Positions 14,161-20,000 of a stretch of 20,000 nucleotides of DNA are shown here, in pieces. The notes under the pieces are model-generated. The model was not told the origin of the DNA and did no database searches. It saw nothing but the letters and a program-made list of their open reading frames with translations. Position 1 is the first letter of the stretch. Each line of letters starts with the position of its first letter. The stretch lies in the NCBI GenBank assembly GCA_000165425.1, contig CT868652.1, positions 366,813-386,812 of the forward strand. Direction: 5' to 3'. Origin of the DNA: Paramecium tetraurelia. Lineage: Eukaryota. The position numbers and the translations under genes were made by a program.

Positions 14161-15454
14161 ATGAAAAGAAGAGGAAATAATTAAGTTATATAATAAGATT
14201 CCGATCAAAAGTTGCAAAGTAGAAAGTATTGGAAAGAAGAGGAAGATAATAAATTACACGCTGCTGTGTTCAAACACGGTTCTAATTGGAAGTTGATTGC
14301 TGAGTTTGTTCCTGGCAGAAATGCATCTTAATGTGCACAAAGATGGAAAAGAATAAAGCCTAAGGAAGTAAGAAGATTTAAATTAGGATTAGAATGAAAG
14401 AAATCAAAAATGGACTGAGGAAGAGGATAAAGAAGTATTAAGACTCACAAAAATATATTAATTTAACTGGAAATAAATAGCCAATGAGATCCCAAATAGA
14501 ACAGGTCGATAAATTAGAGAGAGATTTGTGAATCATCTGGATTCTAACATCATTAAAACCCCATGGACTAAGTAGGAAGATAAAAAGATTTGGGAAATGT
14601 TCTAGAAAATGGGTACAAGATGGTCGGATATGTCAAAGAAAATGCCAGGCAGACCTGTAAAAATTATCATATAAATTTAGGAAAACATGATTAAAAACAG
14701 GTTTTATTCCTTTATTAGAAAATAATACGGAAAAATCTAAAATCCTTATTATGTTGTACCTAGTAAAGTACGGGTATTGGAGGAAGATGGATAGAAATAG
14801 AGTCAGGGGATGAAAAAAATTAGAAAATTTAAAAGAATTTAATAATCATTCAAAGTGGAGGAAGAAATAGTAGGGAAGGAAAATAAAATCAACGAAGAAA
14901 TTAATTAATAATAATTATAATCAGATCTACAATGCTAGTAAGGACCATTTACTTAATTTTAAACTCAATAGTCATAATAGTAGCAATAGTAAATATAATT
15001 TTCATAATCACAATTTCCCTCTTTGTAACATTCTCAAATACAACAATCACAATTTCCACAAATCATAGATCCCTTTTCATTTTTTCAAGATTCAATAAGA
15101 TCAGACTCATACAGAGTAAATTAATATCCAGAAGCATTAAAGCAATATTAAGATTTTCAAAATTGGTTGAAAGAATCCTTAAAGTCTTCATCTGATCCAG
15201 AATTAAATAGAATGTACAAATTCGAGACACCGATGATGAGTTTTTTGTATATGAATCCTAGCTTAATCCATTCAATGCAATAGTAGTAGTAGCCAATTTT
15301 TATGAAAGAGGAAGAGCATGATAAATTGTTTACAGGCCTAGAGAACTCATTACCTGTTTAGATTAGACCTGATATATTTGAGGAGATGAAAAAAACTAAC
15401 GGAGATACGCAATAACAATAATAACATATAAATCATCAATAAAAGTAACAGTGA
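14161..15454 (+). CDS. Three-repeat (R1R2R3) Myb transcription factor with Q-rich C-terminal region (~414 aa; start may be upstream at 13976)
   Basis: Repeats WKEEEDNKL...NWKLIAEFVPGRNASQCAQRW, WTEEEDKEV...NWKQIANEIPNRTGRQIRERFVNHL and WTKQEDKKI...RWSDMSKKMPGRPENMIKNRFYS. Introns 14368-14392 and 14657-14680; TGA at 15452-15454; spliced length 1245 nt. Confidence 0.92.
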
Positions 15455-15502
15455 CGCAAAAAAATTGATTGTTAATATATTATTTGAATGTGTCAATATA
15501 GA

Positions 15503-16645
15503 TCAAATTCCAACTTTAGATTTGACATATTATTCAAAACTTGGTTAAGTTAATAAGCCAAGAGCCTGCTTGCTGATCTCGATTTCCTTGTTGTATTCTG
15601 CAACAGTTCGGTTATAGAGGTCTGTTTCAGAAGCATAGTTATCATTTTCAGCTTATAATTAGGCTTGAAGTGTGGCTCTGTCATCCTTTCTTTATCCGAC
15701 ATAGACAATGGTTTCTCCAAGTTTTTCTGATATATTAATATGAATTCTTACATTCATTAGCAGCAATTTCAGAGTTCTTGATGAGGACAGCTCTTTAGAA
15801 TTCAGCAAATTCCTTTTCTAATTAGGCTACTCTTTCAGCAAATTTGGTTTCAGCTGCACTCTCATCGGCAGTTTCTTAGTTTAAGGTATCAACAAATTGG
15901 ACTCTCAATTCATTGAAGATCTTAACCAATTATGACACTGATCCTTAATCAGCAAAGTTTTATTCTGTTGCTAATTCAAGTAAGGCTTTAATAATTGGTG
16001 CAAATGAAGAATGGTTTTAGAATGAAGTTTGAATTCTACCTAAATTAGTCTGAACTCTTTTGAATTAGACTAGAGATGGGTTAGTAATTTAAGAAAGCAA
16101 TCCTAAGGATTCATCAACAGCTCCAATAGCTTCATTGATTTCAGCAATGTTGGATAAGAATTACTCGTGTTATTTCTTTCTGTTGACTGTTTCTGAATCA
16201 AGAATTCTTCTGTTTTCCTCAATGTTGGTTTTCAATTGAGCCAAGAGCGTCTTAGAATCTTTACTTTTATGGAATGAGAACGTTGTCAATGAAATCTTCT
16301 CCATTGAAAATGTCTAACAATACAATTTAAACTTTAACCTCTATCAGCATCTTAAATTTCTTATTCATATCTTGTGACATCTCTGTTATGTTCATCTGTT
16401 CTTTTAGAGTAGACATGATGAATGTCATCTAATTCCTCTTCTAATTAATCGATCAATTAACTGATGGCTTCTACCAATTCTGTCAAGGCTCCTCCACTAC
16501 CCAATTCCACTTCTGCAAAGTCAACTATGAAAGAAGCCCATTTAGATTCTTTTAATTTGGCCAAAACTTCTTCCGAATGTCTCTCCATATTAAGTTCAAC
16601 ACTCAATACTCCAAATATCAGGCAAATTAATAATCCTGTTCTCAT
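15503..16645 (-). CDS. Trichocyst matrix protein precursor, T1 family (signal peptide plus acidic coiled-coil); one extra base at ~16241-16246 frameshifts it as assembled
   Basis: [17 protein letters not shown]...[23 protein letters not shown]...[24 protein letters not shown]...[10 protein letters not shown] / ...[19 protein letters not shown]...QNFADQG...[14 protein letters not shown]...QLQAENDNYA...YVKSKVGI*, closely matching Paramecium T1 proteins as I recall them. Introns 16314-16338 and 15727-15751 leave 1093 nt, which is 3n+1. Confidence 0.88.
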
Positions 16646-16943
16646 TTATTTTAAATAATAAAAACGACTATTGTAATTTATTAATTAATTATATTAGCTT
16701 TCTTCATTATTTTATATCAGCATTCATTTTTACATTATAAAATATAATTTCATTACTCATACTCTCTTCCAATTCATTCCCATAAACTATGCACATTTAC
16801 TAATTTTTTTCTTTTTTGCCATCATTAGTCAAACTTTATTTTTTAAAATACTTAGAGTTTACAACTATTGTAATTTATAATTTTTCATAATTTCTGAATA
16901 CAAATCTCATACTAAACTCATTTAAATCTACTATAAGATTTTC

Positions 16944-18974
16944 ATGTCATTCCTTTATAATCTCATTAATATTTTAAATCTATTTCTATTACAGAACATA
17001 CATGTAAATGAATTATAGCGAAGACTTTTGCAGCAATTCGGAAATAAATTTCTGAATCCAGAATAAAAAGGTTAAGGGGCCTTTTCAAAAGTCTACAAAT
17101 GTCAAAATACTTTTGGAGAGTATGTGGCAATTAAGGTTTTAGAATTGTTAAATTTAGGTTGTTAATTTAGCTTAAGCAAAGCCAATTGTTATTCCTTATT
17201 TAAAGAATGAGGTTGATTTATTAAGAAAGAGTGATAATGAAAATGTTATCAAATTGTTTGAAGCTGAAGAAAAAACATTTATGTTATATTTAGTTTTGGA
17301 AGTTAATTTTAATATTTATGCTTTAGTATTGCGAATTTGATGTCAAGAGCATGATGAGAACATATTTTAAAAACAAGTTACCAGAGGATCTTGTAATTGT
17401 TATTCTTAAACAATTAGTGAATGGATTACATTATTTGCACAAGAATAATATAATTCACAGAGATTTAAAATTAGATAACATAGGAGTGGTAATTACACCA
17501 AAAGATTTCTGCAAATTAACTACATCCAATGAAAAATTAATTGTAGAAATTTTTAAAAATGCTTCATACAAATTACTTGATTTAGGATTAGCCAAACAGT
17601 TTTTCAATAAAACACAAACTTAAACTTACGCAGGAACTGAAGTCAACATGGGTACATATCTCTTATTATTTGTTTTTAGCTCCTGAAGTCTTGGAAAGGA
17701 AACCTTATTCATTTGAAGCAGATATATATAGTTTGGGAGTTTGTTTATATTAGATGATTACAGGAGAGTATCCTTATTATGATAACCTTAATTAGAAGAA
17801 ATAATTTGAATTAATTAAAGAAGAAAGTGCAAACTTTGAAATTATCGAAAACTAAGTACTTAGAAATCTCATTTAACAAATGCTCAAATACAATGTTGCT
17901 GAAAGATTAACATTTTCTTAGTTATATTAATCTTCATACATTTTCAATTCTTAAGAAGTGATTCCATCACTTCTGGAAAGATCACTGATAAAAAATTAAA
18001 AATTTTATGATTTTAATTAACAAATCGATAGTAGTTAACTCATGTAAAATTATTCTCAAGTCAAAATATAATAGTACTAATAATTTGATAACCTTCAATT
18101 ACCAGATTAAAAAAGCAATTCCTAACAGCATATCTTTTTCGAAAAATTTAATAAACATCAAATATCCACATTTTCTTCAATGAATAATTAAGGAAATATT
18201 TTAAATTAATAATTTGAGGTGAGAAGTTCTTAATTGAGATCTTAAATCGGAAAACCAAAATCATAATTTACTATAACTTTTGAAAAATGGAATTAACGTA
18301 AGAATTTATGTATGTTGATTCAAAATATTTGTGAAAGCTTACTAAGTTTGATTCAAAACATTCCAGAAATTTTAAAATATATATCTTTTGAAGGTGAATT
18401 TTAAACTTATGTATAATATTTCTCCAAACTTGGTTAAATTTTGATAAACTTATTAAAGGAGGAGATTAACTAATCTTTTGAGTATCAATCTAACCATCTT
18501 GAATGTTAAAAACTGAATAATTTTTTAGAATAAATTGAATTCTCCACATTTAATCAATACTAATATTCAACATCAAGTAAACATTGGTACTTAGCGAGAA
18601 AAATTTTTAATTTAATTGACACAATTAAGGAAAGCAAAGAATAAATTGGCTGGGATAATACTAATGAAGATTTCTAAAGAAATAATTCAATAATCTTTAG
18701 ATAAATCATAGGATTATTATAAAGTATCTATTACTAAGAAAAGAAAATTGATAATCTTGAATACAAAAAGTTAAATAATCTTAATTGCAATCTATATATA
18801 ATTTTGATTAAACTGGCAATACTTCAAGCGGCTTTTGATAAAAATTTTTAATTCAAAGAAAATGATATAACTAAATACAGCCCTGAGATTTTTGATGAGA
18901 ATCCTGATTAAATATGCGATTACCTCGTTTAATTCATGCATCAATATCAAATTTAATATTATGAAAATAAATGA
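16944..18974 (+). CDS. Ser/Thr protein kinase, probably ULK/Atg1-like ciliate-expanded family (~651 aa; start codon uncertain)
   Basis: KGQGAFSKVYK...YVAIKVV...LKNEVDLL...ENVIKLF...LYLVLEYC...IIHRDLKLDNIGV...KLLDLGLAK...YAGTEVNMAPEVL...ADIYSLGVCLYQMITG; TGA at 18972-18974. Introns 17136-17157, 17302-17326 and 17652-17679 give 1956 nt from the in-frame ATG at 16944. Kinase call is firm, subfamily tentative. Confidence 0.85.
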
Positions 18975-19354
18975 TATTAATAAATTTATTTTAAATTTAA
19001 TTTATTCTCAACAAATTATGAAAGAATTTATTAACTATTACTTTTGAAATATAAAATGCGATTTCTATTCTAATAATTTTACAAAAATATAATATGTGCT
19101 AATAGTTTTATGCAAAATACAAAACATCAGTCTACATTTTGAGAATAGTATTGCGTAACCTAGAATACATAATTTATTCCTGTTTAGTTTTTCCTCTTCT
19201 AAATCTAATTGAATAACACTCCCATGCATATTATAATTTTTCTATTTAATACTATTTCTGCAGCATGGTTAATGAAAATTTAATTTTACTACTAAATGAT
19301 TAATTTATAAGTTTAAATTAAATTATATAAAATTAACTTGTATTTTTGCAGTGA

Positions 19355-19800
19355 ATTTTTCGCAAATAAAAATTGACCGACATAGTCTTCCTGCACTCAT
19401 AGGTGCTTGGATCAAAGTGGCAAAAAATAGATGTCCTTGAGTATGGATGAAGAAAACCATGTCCTCACATAGACGGATACGAAATACAGATGAAACTCTG
19501 ACTGGTCTATGTCTCTCCTAGCTGGGGCTAGATCCTTGGGAGGAGAATTTAAACCGAGAGTAGAGAGAACTATGAAAATTTCTGAAGTTACAACACAGCG
19601 GATGACACAAATGCTAACAATAGGAATTATTCGAAACAAATATAAACCCAAAGAAGTCGAATTATACTAAGATCCTGCGGAAAAAAGAAAAGAAAGAAGA
19701 AATTTGGAAAATTGGGGAATAAATTTTTGGATTTTGGATTTCGATAATACGAATAGATTCTGGTGAAGTCTGGCAATAAGCTTTCTCTCTTCAGTAAAAT
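19355..19800 (+). mobile_element. Possible decayed non-LTR retrotransposon fragment (APE/EEP endonuclease-like), or other pseudogene; boundaries approximate
   Basis: 79 of 180 bases are G/C in 19381-19560 (~44%), well above the flanks. One frame reads DIVFL...L*LVYVSPS...ADDTNANNRNYSKQIQTQRSRII with in-frame TGAs at 19448, 19499 and 19583. Confidence 0.35.
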
Positions 19801-20000
19801 AATTAGGAAAAAAAATTCATCAAAAATATTGATTATCTATTTCCTAATTTTTTCAAAGAATCCTAACTTTAATTCAAATATATACAGTTTATCTATTTTT
19901 CACCACCAATTGTGCAAACAAATTAAATATCTCTAATAAACTTAACCTTATATCCTTATTGGGTGGATGAGACTTGTACTTCAAGTGCATTCAATCATAC

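Noticed and set aside
14932..15195. Hydrophobic 87-aa ORF resembling a membrane protein
   Set aside because: Off-frame reading of the Myb poly-Gln region, where TAA/TAG/CAA repeats give Ile/Val/Asn in another frame.
16464..16658. Plus-strand 64-aa ORF
   Set aside because: Antisense to the T1 trichocyst protein gene.
17002..17055. ATGs at 17002 and 17008 as the kinase start
   Set aside because: They are out of frame with the kinase domain and hit TGA at 17053-17055; the in-frame ATG is at 16944.
19412..19651. Minus-strand 79-aa ORF; also mitochondrial-insert or snRNA/RNase P/telomerase RNA readings of this island
   Set aside because: TTG start and no motif. TAA/TAG also interrupt the + frame, which argues against an intact mitochondrial gene. 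No U1/U2/U4/U5/U6, SRP or telomerase template signature recognised; only a weak Sm-like AATTTTTA on the minus strand.

Overview
AT-rich, gene-dense eukaryotic DNA from a ciliate, almost certainly Paramecium. Evidence: TAA/TAG read as Gln and only TGA is a stop, GT..AG introns are 22-31 nt, intergenic spacers are tiny, and there is a T1-family trichocyst matrix protein gene. The supplied standard-code ORF track is therefore largely misleading. I re-translated genes by eye with translation table 6, and the exon sums of all complete genes are divisible by 3 except one. Gene order: CaMKK-like kinase (-, runs off the left edge), CAMK-group kinase (+), BOP1/ERB1 (+), 317-aa hypothetical (+), YIPF6/Yip4 (-), then two 150-N gaps bracketing near-identical re-copies of 3174-5923 and 6875-7590 (most likely an assembly artefact), DNAAF5/HEATR2-like C-terminal part (+), three-repeat Myb (+), T1 trichocyst matrix protein with a +1 frameshift (-), ULK/Atg1-like kinase (+), and a GC-elevated, stop-ridden segment at about 19350-19800 resembling a decayed APE endonuclease of a non-LTR retrotransposon. 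I see no convincing new multi-gene system. The best leads are the apparently half-length DNAAF5, the frameshifted T1 gene, the putative LINE relic and the intron-containing Myb leader. All family assignments come from motif recognition, not database searches.
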